Assembly: GCA_047285305.1 (NCBI GenBank)
Contig: JBJBDL010000003.1
Coordinates: 422,892 to 486,891 of the forward strand
Length of the DNA: 64,000 nt
Source: Synechococcus sp.
GTDB taxonomy: Bacteria; Cyanobacteriota; Cyanobacteriia; PCC-6307; Cyanobiaceae
Reading direction: 5' to 3'
Below, piece after piece: positions 31,240-40,619 of the stretch; positions within the stretch are counted from its first letter, which is position 1; every line of letters begins with the position of its first letter. The notes beneath the pieces were generated by a model, which worked only from the letters and a program-made list of their open reading frames with translations, was not told the DNA's origin and ran no database searches. Both the position numbers and the translations under genes were made by a program.

Positions 31240-33363
31240 ATGGGGATCCGGTTGTTGCATCTGCACCTTCACGGTCTGTTTCGTTCCCATGAGCTCGAAC
31301 TGGGGCGGGATGCTGATACAGGTGGTCAGACGTTATATGTGCTGGAGCTCGTTCGCAGCCTGGCGCAGCGAGCGGAGGTTGAGCAGGTTGATGTGGTCAC
31401 CCGGCTGATTCAGGACCGTCGGGTAGATCTCGATTACAGCCAACGGGTCGAAGCCATTGCTCCAGGGGCCCGCATCCTGCGCTTTCCATTTGGTCCGAAG
31501 CGGTATCTACGCAAGGAGTTGCTTTGGCCCCATCTCGAGGAGCTGGCTGATCAGTTGGTGGAACATCTGAGCCAGCCGGGCCAGAGGGTGGATTGGATTC
31601 ATGCCCATTACGCCGACGCCGGTCTGGTGGGTGCTCTCGTCAGTCAGCGGTTGGGGATTCCGCTTGTTTTCACTGGCCATTCCCTCGGCCGGGAGAAACA
31701 GCGACGTCTCCTGGCCGGTGGCTTGGATCGCTCTCAGATTGAGCAGACTTACGCCATCAGCCGCCGCATCGACGCCGAAGAGCGTTCTCTGGCCCAGGCG
31801 GATCTGGTGATCACCAGCACCCGTCAGGAGGCGGATCAGCAGTACTGCCGCTACGGCCACTTTCAGGCGGATTACGCGGCAGTGGTGCCCCCTGGCGTTG
31901 ATGATTCCCGGTTCCATCCCCATGGTTCATCGCAGGAATGCTCCGCATTGCAAAGCATGTTGCAGCCTTTCCTCAGGGAGCCGGATCGTCCGCCCCTGCT
32001 GGCGATTTCCCGTGCGGTGCGGCGCAAGAACATTCCCGCTCTGGTGGAAGCCTTTGGTCAGTCGCCGGTGCTGCGGCAGCGTCACAACATGGTGCTTGTG
32101 CTCGGCTGTCGGGATGACCCTCGTGAGCTCGAGAAGCAGCAGCGCGATGTGCTTCAGCAGGTGTTCGATCTTGTGGATCGCTTTGATCTCTATGGCCAGG
32201 TGGCCTACCCAAAACAACACAGCCGTGCCCAGATTCCTGCCCTATATCGCTGGGCGGCGCGTCGTGGGGGGCTGTTTGTGAACCCGGCCTTGACCGAACC
32301 CTTCGGACTCACCCTTCTGGAGGCCGCGGCCTGTGGTTTGCCGATGGTGGCTACCGATGATGGCGGCCCACGGGATATCCAACACCGTTGCGACAACGGT
32401 CTTCTGGCAGACGTCACCGATCCAGGGGCACTTCAGGAAGCCCTGGAATTGGCCGGCAGTGATCGCTCCCGTTGGCGACGTTGGAGTGATAACGGGGTTG
32501 AGGCCATCAGTCGGCACTTCAGCTGGGATGCCCATGTGTGTAGGTACCTCGCCCTGATGCAGCAGAAAGTCCGCGTGTCACCTGTGCGTGGGATGTCGGT
32601 GGTGCGGCGGCCCAGCCCCGTCTCCAGGCTGTTGGCGCTGGATCTCGACAGCTGTTTGGAGCTGCCGGAGGAACGCTCCCTGGCGCATCTGCGCGATCGG
32701 CTTCACTCCGAACCCTTTGCCGCTTCGACAGGCTTGGTGATTCTCACGGGGCGGTCTCTGGATCAGGCGCGTCAGCGCTACCAGGAGTTGCATCTTCCCG
32801 ATCCCAAGGCCTGGATCTGCCGTGCAGGAACCGAGATTCACCACACGTCGGATCGCGCGGAAGATCCCGTGTGGGCGAAGCGCATTAGCCAAGCCTGGGA
32901 TCGCGAGGCTGTGCTCGCAGCGATGGGGCAACTCCAGGAACACCTTCAGCTTCAGGACCCGGATCACCAGAGTTTCTTCAAGGTCAGCTACCTGTTGCGT
33001 GCTTCCAACCGCGGTCTGATTGGTTTGGCCCGTCAGTGCCTGCGCCGTCATGGTCTGCAGGCGGAACCCCAGCTCCGTTGCCATTGGTTCCTGGATGTTC
33101 TTCCCCAGCGCGCCTCCCGCAGTGAGGCCATCCGTTTTCTGGCCCAGTCTTGGCAGCTCCCCCTGCAGCAGGTTCTGGTGGTGGCCAGTCAGCAGGGGGA
33201 TGGAGAGTTGCTGGATGGTTTGCCCGCCACGGTGGTTCCTGCGGATCACGATCCCTGCCTGTTGGGCCAACGGACCCAGCAGCGGGTGTATGTCTCGAAA
33301 CGCCCCAGTGTTGGAGCCGTACTGGATGGCTTAACCCACTACCGGTTTTCAGGCAGCCGTTGA
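31240..33363 (+). CDS. Sucrose-phosphate synthase with a C-terminal SPP-like (HAD) domain
   Basis: 707 aa. The N-terminus HGLFRSHELELGRDADTGGQTLYVLELVRSLA and the LTEPFGLTLLEAAACGLP block are the GT-B SPS pattern. The C-terminal ~240 aa are HAD-like (LDLDSCL, LTGRS). Confidence 0.9.
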   Translation: MGIRLLHLHLHGLFRSHELELGRDADTGGQTLYVLELVRSLAQRAEVEQVDVVTRLIQDRRVDLDYSQRVEAIAPGARILRFPFGPKRYLRKELLWPHLEELADQLVEHLSQPGQRVDWIHAHYADAGLVGALVSQRLGIPLVFTGHSLGREKQRRLLAGGLDRSQIEQTYAISRRIDAEERSLAQADLVITSTRQEADQQYCRYGHFQADYAAVVPPGVDDSRFHPHGSSQECSALQSMLQPFLREPDRPPLLAISRAVRRKNIPALVEAFGQSPVLRQRHNMVLVLGCRDDPRELEKQQRDVLQQVFDLVDRFDLYGQVAYPKQHSRAQIPALYRWAARRGGLFVNPALTEPFGLTLLEAAACGLPMVATDDGGPRDIQHRCDNGLLADVTDPGALQEALELAGSDRSRWRRWSDNGVEAISRHFSWDAHVCRYLALMQQKVRVSPVRGMSVVRRPSPVSRLLALDLDSCLELPEERSLAHLRDRLHSEPFAASTGLVILTGRSLDQARQRYQELHLPDPKAWICRAGTEIHHTSDRAEDPVWAKRISQAWDREAVLAAMGQLQEHLQLQDPDHQSFFKVSYLLRASNRGLIGLARQCLRRHGLQAEPQLRCHWFLDVLPQRASRSEAIRFLAQSWQLPLQQVLVVASQQGDGELLDGLPATVVPADHDPCLLGQRTQQRVYVSKRPSVGAVLDGLTHYRFSGSR

Positions 33364-34527
33364 TCCTGGAATCACGGTCACACAGGCGGCTGCCCTGTCG
33401 GCCTTGGCTTGTGCTTCCTTCCGATCTTCTCCCCTTGCCAGGGCAACACCCATGCGTCGACCGGGGCGAGCTGTGGGCTTGCCGAACAGCAGCAATTGGG
33501 TGTCAGCTTCTGTTAGCGCTTGTTCGACCCCTTCAAAAACGACGGAGTCCATGTTCGCTTGGGCCAGGATCACGCGGCTGGCGGCCGTATCAGCTGCCGT
33601 GATGGTGGGGATCGGCAGACCGAGAACAGCGCGCAGGTGCAGTTCGAACTCGCTCAGGTTCTGGCTGATCAGGGTCACCAGGCCTGTGTCGTGCGGCCGG
33701 GGCGACAGTTCAGAAAAAATCACCTCATCGCCACAGATGAAAAATTCCACACCGAAGAGACCGGCACCGCCCAGGTTGTCGGTGACGGTTTTGGCCATGG
33801 CCTGGGCCTGACGCAATTGTTGGTCGGTGAGTTGAGCCGGCTGCCAGCTGCATTGATAGTCCCCTCCTTCCTGTTCGTGGCCGATCGGCGCACAGAACAG
33901 GGTTTCGCCATTGCGCTGACGGATGGTGAGCAGGGTGATCTCCAGATCGAAATGGAGAAATTCCTCCACGATCACCTGGGTTGAGGTACCCCGTGCACCT
34001 GACATGGCGGCCTCCCAGGCCTTGGGCAGATCGTCTGAACAGGTCACCACGCTCTGGCCTTTGCCGGAGGAACTCATCACCGGTTTCACCACGACGGGCC
34101 AGCCCAGTGGTTTCGCCACTGCTGTGAGTTCTTCAGCACTGGAGGCATAGGCGAACCGGGCGGTGCGGAGACCGAGTTCGCCGGCCGCCAGGTCGCGGAT
34201 GCGGTCTCGGTTCATCGTGACGGCCGTCGCGCGGGCTGTGGGAATCACGGTGATCCCCTCTTGTTCGAGTTCCGCCAGGGCATGCACGGCGAGAGCTTCG
34301 ATCTCCGGGATCACCACGTCGGGTTGGTGGCGCCTGACCACCTTCAGCAAGGCATCGGCATCAGTCATCGGCAGCACTTCGGCCACGTCAGCCACCTGCA
34401 TGGCCGGGGCAGCGGCATAGCGATCGCAGGCGATCACCCGGCAGCCAAGCCGTTGGGCAGCAATGGCCACCTCCTTGCCCAGCTCCCCGCTGCCCAGCAG
34501 CATCACGGTGCGTGGAAACGACGGCAT
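33349..34527 (-). CDS. purT: Formate-dependent phosphoribosylglycinamide formyltransferase
   Basis: VMLLGSGELGKEVAIAAQRLG and ATP-grasp motifs, with a PurT-type C-terminus. The track start is 34560, but the ATG at 34527 (MPSFPRTVMLLG...) is more typical. The 3' end overlaps the sps 3' end by 15 nt. Confidence 0.92.
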   Translation of the reverse strand: MPSFPRTVMLLGSGELGKEVAIAAQRLGCRVIACDRYAAAPAMQVADVAEVLPMTDADALLKVVRRHQPDVVIPEIEALAVHALAELEQEGITVIPTARATAVTMNRDRIRDLAAGELGLRTARFAYASSAEELTAVAKPLGWPVVVKPVMSSSGKGQSVVTCSDDLPKAWEAAMSGARGTSTQVIVEEFLHFDLEITLLTIRQRNGETLFCAPIGHEQEGGDYQCSWQPAQLTDQQLRQAQAMAKTVTDNLGGAGLFGVEFFICGDEVIFSELSPRPHDTGLVTLISQNLSEFELHLRAVLGLPIPTITAADTAASRVILAQANMDSVVFEGVEQALTEADTQLLLFGKPTARPGRRMGVALARGEDRKEAQAKADRAAACVTVIPGSTAA

Positions 34528-34628
34528 GGTGATCATTGAATGGCCTGCCTGCATCATCAATCAACGCAAGTCCTGAGACTTTCCGCAGCCTGGGGTGCAG
34601 TGCTCGGTGGACGCGAGCCTATTGGGGC

Positions 34629-34796
34629 TCAGTTCGAATCGGTGCTGCTCTGACGGCGCACTTCGCCGATCAGCCACACGCCCATGAATCCAAGCGACGA
34701 CACACCGAAATAGATCAGCACCCACCGCAGAACCCGGTCAGGATCCGCAGCTGCATTGGCGAGCAGCTCAGCGGTTTTGGCAAGCAGGTTGTCCAT
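34629..34796 (-). CDS. Unlisted 55-aa single-TM small protein
   Basis: Below the track cut-off. My translation is MDNLLAKTAELLANAAADPDRVLRWVLIYFGVSSLGFMGVWLIGEVRRQSSTDSN. The ATG overlaps the upstream ORF's stop (TGATG), and codons are GC3-rich like neighbouring genes. Confidence 0.5.
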   Translation of the reverse strand: MDNLLAKTAELLANAAADPDRVLRWVLIYFGVSSLGFMGVWLIGEVRRQSSTDSN

Positions 34797-35044
34797 CAGT
34801 TCTGAAGATCAGGGATCAGCGTGAGTTGGCGGACTGGTGATTCTTCGCTAACGAAACCCCAGGCTTCAAAAACGGTGGGATCGGGATGCGTGATGCGCTG
34901 CTCCGTTCCATGGCGCTCCACTTGGAACCCTTCGCTCGACATGCGTCGCATCAAACTGGCCGACTCCTCAAAGCGGGCAGCCATCGCTTCGAGGCTTGAG
35001 CAGTCAGCTGTGAGACCGGATTCACGCCAGGTGAAGTAGGTCAT
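34796..35044 (-). CDS. Conserved-looking hypothetical protein (82 aa from the ATG; 88 aa from a TTG at 35062)
   Basis: The ORF reads MTYFTWRESGLTADCSSLEAMAARFEESASLMRRMSSEGFQVERHG... I recognise no motif. It is coupled to the 55-aa ORF downstream. Confidence 0.6.
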   Translation of the reverse strand: MTYFTWRESGLTADCSSLEAMAARFEESASLMRRMSSEGFQVERHGTEQRITHPDPTVFEAWGFVSEESPVRQLTLIPDLQN

Positions 35045-35350
35045 CCTGCCTTGCCACCCCAAAACGCGATTTTAAGGGATATGAGCGGCGCGAAGCGTTC
35101 GTTCTGGATATCAAAAATCCTTTGACTACCGGCTATGTCGTTCAGGCCTCCCTTCAAAAAGGAACTGTGTTGTGGTCACTCAAAAAGCTTGAAAATGCCG
35201 GTCATTTTTTTGTGTTACGGCCTTTTTTAAGAAGGCATTGACTTTCTGCGCTACGAAACCAAGTTCAATTCCGTTGTCGATCTGAAGCAACTGCATCCTT
35301 CAGCTCACTTCAAAATGATTGTCCTCAGGATTGGATCAAAAGATCGACTC

Positions 35351-36451
35351 TCAGGGACGCAGCACCAGTCCCAGAAGCACAAGCCCTGCTGTGATCAGCC
35401 AGAACGCGGGCACCACGCTTCGTTCATCGGTGCCTCCCATCTCAAAATGGTGATGTAGCGGCGCCATGCGGAACACGCGTCGCCCCTGACCATCAGGGCC
35501 TTTCGTGGCCTTGAACACCCAAACCTGGATGATCACGGAGAGGGATTCCGCCAGGAAGACGCCTCCCATCACCAGCAGGGGCCAGAGGCTGTTGGACAAC
35601 AGGGCCACACCGCTGAGGGCGGCCCCCATCGCCAGGGATCCCGTATCGCCCATGAAGACCCGAGCCGGGTTTCGGTTGTGCACCAGAAACCCAAGCCATG
35701 CTCCTGCCATGGTCATGCAGAAGCCAGCCAAAGCGGGATCTCCGTTGTCTCCTCGCAGCATCAGTTGAAGTGCCAGACCGGTAAACACCAGTGCTCCGCA
35801 GCCGCTGGCCAAGCCATCCAGGCCATCGGTGAGGTTGGTGGCGTTGCTCTCCGCCAGTACGACAAACAGCCCCAGCGGCCAGATCAGAAGTCCTAAGGGC
35901 AGTTCAAGGCCAAAGGGCAGGGCAATGCTGTCGCTGATCCAGCCCTGCCAGGCAGCGATTGCCAGAAATGCTGCAGCTGCCATGGCTTGCAGCAGCAATT
36001 TTCCTCGTGCCGTCAGGCCAGCATTGGTGTGTTTGGTGAGGCTGCTCCAGTCATCGATGCCGCCGATCAACATGAACGCCAGGGTCAGGGCTGCCAGGCT
36101 GAGCAGTTGTTGTGACGCTACGGCGTCCCGTGTGATCAGGCTCCCGAGAATGACCCCGACGGGAACCACCAGAAGGCCCCCCATCGTTGGGGTTCCCGCC
36201 TTGCTCTGATGGGCTTTGGGGCCTTCCTCACGGATGAACTGCCCCATCTTCAAGCGACGCAGAAGGGGAATGCCTAAGGCTGAAGTCGCTGTTGCGCAGA
36301 CCGCTGAGATCAAGAGCGGCAGGCTCAGTTGCGCATTGGTGATCCACTTGTCGGCTGCAAAACTGGTCATCAAGACCACCAGCATGAGCAAGCTGGCACT
36401 CAATGAGCCGTTCTCCCACCAAGGACGGTGGTTCGAATCCGTGGATTGCAA
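35351..36451 (-). CDS. mraY: Phospho-N-acetylmuramoyl-pentapeptide transferase
   Basis: 366 aa and polytopic, with [31 protein letters not shown] and MAPLHHHFE motifs. The start codon is TTG. Confidence 0.93.
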   Translation of the reverse strand: MQSTDSNHRPWWENGSLSASLLMLVVLMTSFAADKWITNAQLSLPLLISAVCATATSALGIPLLRRLKMGQFIREEGPKAHQSKAGTPTMGGLLVVPVGVILGSLITRDAVASQQLLSLAALTLAFMLIGGIDDWSSLTKHTNAGLTARGKLLLQAMAAAAFLAIAAWQGWISDSIALPFGLELPLGLLIWPLGLFVVLAESNATNLTDGLDGLASGCGALVFTGLALQLMLRGDNGDPALAGFCMTMAGAWLGFLVHNRNPARVFMGDTGSLAMGAALSGVALLSNSLWPLLVMGGVFLAESLSVIIQVWVFKATKGPDGQGRRVFRMAPLHHHFEMGGTDERSVVPAFWLITAGLVLLGLVLRP

Positions 36452-36522
36452 AGCGGCACTGGACTGATCGCTGGGACCCTAGGTGAGTCGCTCAGTGGCG
36501 ACCAGTCAGTGGGTGGGGGACG

Positions 36523-36792
36523 TCAGTCCTCCCACTGCTCCTCGTTTTGCTCGTCGTCCTTGTTGTAATCCTCTTTCTCACCCATGAGCGCGGAGAGTTC
36601 CTCCTCTTCGACGGTGCTCACTTCAGGTGAACCGGATTCTTCGTCAGCAACGAGACGGCCGCTGGTTTCCAGCCAGGACAGGAGGTCAGGCTCCTCACGC
36701 AGGGGTAGCACAGGTGCAGGGTCGCGGCGCCCGTAGCGGGTGAGGGACGGGTTGACGCTGTCCAGGGCGTTTAAATCAACCAGAGCGCTCAT
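36523..36792 (-). CDS. Small acidic protein, DUF3134-like (assignment from memory)
   Basis: MSALVDLNALDSVNPSLTRYGRRDPAPVLPLREEPDLLSWLETSGRLV..., then an Asp/Glu-rich tail. The track start at 36813 is TTG, so the ATG at 36792 is preferred. Confidence 0.65.
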   Translation of the reverse strand: MSALVDLNALDSVNPSLTRYGRRDPAPVLPLREEPDLLSWLETSGRLVADEESGSPEVSTVEEEELSALMGEKEDYNKDDEQNEEQWED

Positions 36793-36851
36793 GCAGGGAG
36801 GGACGCGGGCCAATCAACCAAGATAGACCATGTGCCGTTTTTGATCCGCCA

Positions 36852-37085
36852 CTGAACAAATCTGCGCTGCTCGTTCTTCTGTGGGGTCTGGCCCTGATTA
36901 TCAGCTCTGGTCTGCATTGGTGGGGTTTGCAGCGTCCTGAACCGTTGCAGACCTCCTGGACTCTGGCGCTGCTGTTGGTCTTTTTTCCGGCTGCCGCGTT
37001 GGCTGCATGGTTGCTAGTGGCTTCTCCACAGGTGGCGGCCCGCGAGACGAGAGAATCAGACGATTGTGATCAGGAGACCCATTGA
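36852..37085 (+). CDS. Possible small two-TM protein upstream of argG; start codon unresolved
   Basis: The frame is open from 36756 to the TGA at 37083-37085, which overlaps the argG ATG (TGATG). It reads ...[77 protein letters not shown]. There is no in-frame ATG, GTG or TTG before the TTG at 36927. Confidence 0.35.
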   Translation: MNKSALLVLLWGLALIISSGLHWWGLQRPEPLQTSWTLALLLVFFPAAALAAWLLVASPQVAARETRESDDCDQETH

Positions 37086-38296
37086 TGGGCCGCGCCAAGA
37101 AGGTGGTACTCGCCTATTCCGGGGGGGTGGATACCAGTGTCTGTATTCCATACCTCAAGCAGGAATGGGGCATTGAGGATGTGATCACATTTGCCGCTGA
37201 TCTCGGCCAGGGCGATGAGCTGGAGCCGATTCGTCAGAAAGCGCTGGATGCCGGTGCCAGTCAGTCGCTGGTGGGAGATCTGATCGAGCCCTTCATCAAG
37301 GATTTCGCTTTCCCGGCGATTCGTGCCAACGCCCTCTACGAAGGCCGTTACCCCCTCTCCACGGCCCTGGCGAGGCCTCTGATCGCGAAGCGCCTGGTAG
37401 AGGTGGCCCGGGAAGTGGGTGCCGATGCTGTGGCCCATGGCTGCACAGGCAAGGGCAATGATCAGGTGCGTTTCGATGTGGCCATCGCTGCATTGGCACC
37501 GGATCTCAAGGTGCTTACTCCAGCCCGTGAGTGGGGCATGAGCCGTGAGGAGACCATCGCCTACGGCGAACGCTTTGGTCTGCCCGCACCGGTAAGCAAG
37601 AAGTCGCCTTACTCGATCGATCTCAATCTGCTGGGCCGCAGCATTGAGGCTGGACCCCTTGAAGACCCGATGGTCGCTCCGCCGGAGGAGGTGTATGCGA
37701 TGACGCGATCGGTGGAGGCTGCTCCGGATGCCGCGGAAGAGATCGAGATTGCTTTTGAAGCAGGCAATCCGGTGGCGATCAACGGTCAGCAGCTGGACCC
37801 GGTGGCCTTGATCCGTGAAGCCAACCGTCTGGCGGGCACACATGGCATTGGCCGTCTCGACATGATCGAGAACCGCGTGGTGGGCATTAAATCCCGGGAG
37901 ATCTACGAAACGCCTGGCCTTTTGCTGTTGATCCAGGCCCACCAGGAACTTGAGAGCTTGACTCTGGCCGCCGATGTGCTGCGCAGCAAGCGGCAGTTGG
38001 AAATGCAGTGGGCTGATCTCGTCTACCAGGGCCTTTGGTTTGGCCCTCTCAAGGATGCTCTGGACGGCTTCATGGACCGCACCCAGACCACCGTCAATGG
38101 TGTCGTTCGTCTCCGGCTGCACAAAGGAACGGCCACGGTCACCGGCCGCGGCTCAGCAGACAGCAGCCTTTACGTCCCCGAAATGGCGTCCTACGGAAGT
38201 GAGGATCAGTTCGATCACCGCGCGGCAGAGGGCTTCATTTACGTCTGGGGTCTGCCAACCCGACTCTGGTCAGCATCCCAGCGCCGTTCAAGCTGA
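37085..38296 (+). CDS. argG: Argininosuccinate synthase
   Basis: AYSGGVDTS (N-type ATP pyrophosphatase loop), [14 protein letters not shown] and [14 protein letters not shown] motifs. The ATG at 37085 follows the TTG used by the track. Confidence 0.96.
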   Translation: MGRAKKVVLAYSGGVDTSVCIPYLKQEWGIEDVITFAADLGQGDELEPIRQKALDAGASQSLVGDLIEPFIKDFAFPAIRANALYEGRYPLSTALARPLIAKRLVEVAREVGADAVAHGCTGKGNDQVRFDVAIAALAPDLKVLTPAREWGMSREETIAYGERFGLPAPVSKKSPYSIDLNLLGRSIEAGPLEDPMVAPPEEVYAMTRSVEAAPDAAEEIEIAFEAGNPVAINGQQLDPVALIREANRLAGTHGIGRLDMIENRVVGIKSREIYETPGLLLLIQAHQELESLTLAADVLRSKRQLEMQWADLVYQGLWFGPLKDALDGFMDRTQTTVNGVVRLRLHKGTATVTGRGSADSSLYVPEMASYGSEDQFDHRAAEGFIYVWGLPTRLWSASQRRSS

Positions 38297-38327
38297 CCGC
38301 TGCCGCCTCTGCAGGAATTTGGGAAGC

Positions 38328-38366
38328 CTCAGAACCGGACAAAGTTGTGCGTTTTCCGGTTCTGAG
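38328..38366. terminator. 12-bp perfect hairpin between convergent argG and the rpsF unit
   Basis: CTCAGAACCGGA (38328-38339) pairs with TCCGGTTCTGAG (38355-38366) around a 15-nt loop. There is no clear U-tract on either strand. Confidence 0.4.
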
Positions 38367-38676
38367 CTTCTAGGTAGCGCCGGCTGAGGCCGTTCGATCT
38401 GGTCTTGATCAACTTGTTCAGCCAGCAGTTGATAAAGCTCCATCAACGGCTCAAGCCGCTATCGGGAGCGGCGTTAAAAAGCCTCCGGTGGTTCGGCCAA
38501 AAGATCGTTTTAGGCCTCGATCTCGACCTTGAGCTCTGAAAGTCTCTCTTTCAGCAACCGAATCACTTCAGCGTCGCCATGACGCTCGTTCCAAACAGGT
38601 TCGTTTGGCTGAGGGCGGTCTTGTTTCGAATCAATGGGCGGACGGTATCGCCCACCCACGAATCCAGCAATGCTGA

Positions 38677-39051
38677 TCAGTCAGCTGATGCAGCGGCTTC
38701 GGCCTGTTGCTGTTGAGCAGCTTCACTGCCTGGCATCACCCGAGGTGCGGGAAGAGGACCTTCCTGCTTCACGGTCAGGTAGCGGATCACGTCCTCACTC
38801 AGGCGCATTGCCTTCTCGAGAACAGCAACGTGCTGGCCATCGCCGTTGTGGCTCAGTTGCACGTAAATGCCCTCCTTGTGCTTCGCAATCGGATAAGCCA
38901 GACGGCGCTTGCCACGCATCTGGTTGTCCAGCACGTCGGCACCAGCTTCCACGAGCATGTCGCGGTACTTGGTGAGATGGCTTTCAACTTCCTCCTCCGG
39001 AATGTCCGGACGAAGGATGTACATGGTTTCGTAATACGGATCGTGCGTCAT
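38677..39051 (-). CDS. rpsF: 30S ribosomal protein S6
   Basis: [22 protein letters not shown]...[22 protein letters not shown] is the S6 pattern. The track start at 39060 is 3 codons further upstream. Confidence 0.93.
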   Translation of the reverse strand: MTHDPYYETMYILRPDIPEEEVESHLTKYRDMLVEAGADVLDNQMRGKRRLAYPIAKHKEGIYVQLSHNGDGQHVAVLEKAMRLSEDVIRYLTVKQEGPLPAPRVMPGSEAAQQQQAEAAASAD

Positions 39052-39131
39052 GGGCAGCACCGAAGGGGCATCAGGCTCACCGGAGTGAGCGACGGATTCA
39101 TCACCTTATCTCCTGGCGTGACCCTCCACTT

Positions 39132-39608
39132 TTAATAGAGCTGCATGCGTACGGCCTGGCTGATGCCGGGCAGATCCGGTTCTCGCCCGCGCCAGCACTC
39201 CACCAGGGCGAACAGAAGGATCGCCAGCACCGCCACCACGACTGTGCTGGACAGGGTGCCCAGCAGCAGGCTGCCGCCAGCGATCGGTTGGAGCAGGATG
39301 CCGAATGCGAAGCTCAGCACAACGATCACGATGTCGGTGAGCAGGGCCTGCAGAGTGTTGAAGCGCAGAAAGTAGGGAACGGCCGGATTCCGCACCACCG
39401 CCAGAAACAGCACGAAGAACAGCAGCAGGCCACCGAAGGGAACCCCCCGATCCAATTGGATCAGCGGTACGGCAGGAACGATCAGCAGTCTCAGCAACGG
39501 GATCTGGTTGAACACGCCGTCAGCCCCGAGGCCAAAGGGAATGGCATCACTCCAGGGGAGCAGGTACACCAGCGGTGCAAGCAGCCGCTGCCAGAGGGGA
39601 ATCTGCAC
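39132..39608 (-). CDS. Tic20-like membrane protein
   Basis: WQRLLAPLVYLLPWSDAIPFG plus four TM segments resemble cyanobacterial Tic20 homologues. The track start at 39749 lies inside aroE, so the in-frame GTG at 39608 is preferred. Confidence 0.7.
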   Translation of the reverse strand: MQIPLWQRLLAPLVYLLPWSDAIPFGLGADGVFNQIPLLRLLIVPAVPLIQLDRGVPFGGLLLFFVLFLAVVRNPAVPYFLRFNTLQALLTDIVIVVLSFAFGILLQPIAGGSLLLGTLSSTVVVAVLAILLFALVECWRGREPDLPGISQAVRMQLY

Positions 39609-39633
39609 GGTGGAGCTAGGGATTGTTGGGACC

Positions 39634-40503
39634 TTAGGTCGCAAGAGCAGTCGCGGCGGCGATGCGCATCGCCGCGATAGGAATGTCGTCGCGTCCACTC
39701 CAAAGCCGTAGCGAGGCAGAGCCTTGCTGCACCAGCATCTCGAGACCATCGATGCAGTGGTGGCCCCGTTGTTGCCCAGCGGCGAGCCAGCTGGTGGGCC
39801 TTGGTGTGTAGATCAGGTCGTACAACACCGCTTCTCCGTTCAGGTTTGTCCAGAGCTCGGCCCCCAGTGGCATCGCCTCGGGGTCACCGTGCTGTGCCAT
39901 GCCCACCGGGGTGGTATTCACCACGAGAGCCGCTTGAGCCACGCTCTCGTTGAGCTGAACAGCGTTGTCGAGACAGGCCGTCAGGGGGGCGTGGCTCTGC
40001 TGCAGATCAGTGATGAAGGCTTGCAGTGCCTCGTTTCGCCGCCCCACAACGGTGATGCTGCTGAGGTTCAGGGTCTGCAGACCGGCGACCACGGCTCGAG
40101 CTGATCCGCCGCAGCCAATCACCACGGCATGGCGTCCTGCCCAGGTGTCGTTGGCACCGAGGGGTGCCAGAAAGCCCTCCACGTCGGTGTTGGTGCCGAA
40201 CCAGCCACCGCCCGCTCCCGGAATCAGAGTGTTGACGGCACTGAGCCGTTTCGCCAGCGGGCTCAGCTCTTCGCAGAGCTCGGCGATGGCTTGTTTGTGG
40301 GGGATGGTGACGTTGAGGCCTTGGCAGCCAACGGCCCTGAGACCGTTCAACACCTGATGAAGGCTTTCGCTTGTGCAGGGCAGGGCCAGGTAGCGCCAGT
40401 TGAGTCCCATGCTTTCGAGGGCGGCGTTCTGCATCACCGGCGAAAGCGAGTGTCGCACTGGATTGCCAAGTAGGCCCACAAGGCTGGTGCCGCCGTTGAT
40501 CAT
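39634..40503 (-). CDS. aroE: Shikimate dehydrogenase
   Basis: LLGNPVRHSLSPVMQN, NVTIPHK, NTDVEGF and the GCGGSARAV Rossmann motif. Confidence 0.93.
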   Translation of the reverse strand: MINGGTSLVGLLGNPVRHSLSPVMQNAALESMGLNWRYLALPCTSESLHQVLNGLRAVGCQGLNVTIPHKQAIAELCEELSPLAKRLSAVNTLIPGAGGGWFGTNTDVEGFLAPLGANDTWAGRHAVVIGCGGSARAVVAGLQTLNLSSITVVGRRNEALQAFITDLQQSHAPLTACLDNAVQLNESVAQAALVVNTTPVGMAQHGDPEAMPLGAELWTNLNGEAVLYDLIYTPRPTSWLAAGQQRGHHCIDGLEMLVQQGSASLRLWSGRDDIPIAAMRIAAATALAT

Positions 40504-40619
40504 TGTCAGGGCCGGATCGCTTCACCAGCCTGCCTGTTCGGGAACCACACCTCGCCTGTCACCGGGTCTGCTGTGGAGGATGAGCCCATTCAAATCATCA
40601 TTTCTGGAGGTGGGCACCG

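Noticed and set aside
31072-31290. 72-aa minus-strand ORF spanning the sps start region
   Set aside because: It runs through the T-rich/A-rich spacer (Lys/Asn/Phe runs) and both hairpins, so it does not look protein-like. If a minus-strand transcript exists here, it is more likely non-coding.
36430-36440. GGTTCGAATCC, the classic tRNA T-arm/T-loop sequence
   Set aside because: Flanking bases do not form a T-stem, acceptor stem or anticodon arm. The site lies within the first codons of mraY (as read from its TTG start). A similar GTTCGAATC at about 34632 is inside the 55-aa ORF and also lacks tRNA structure.
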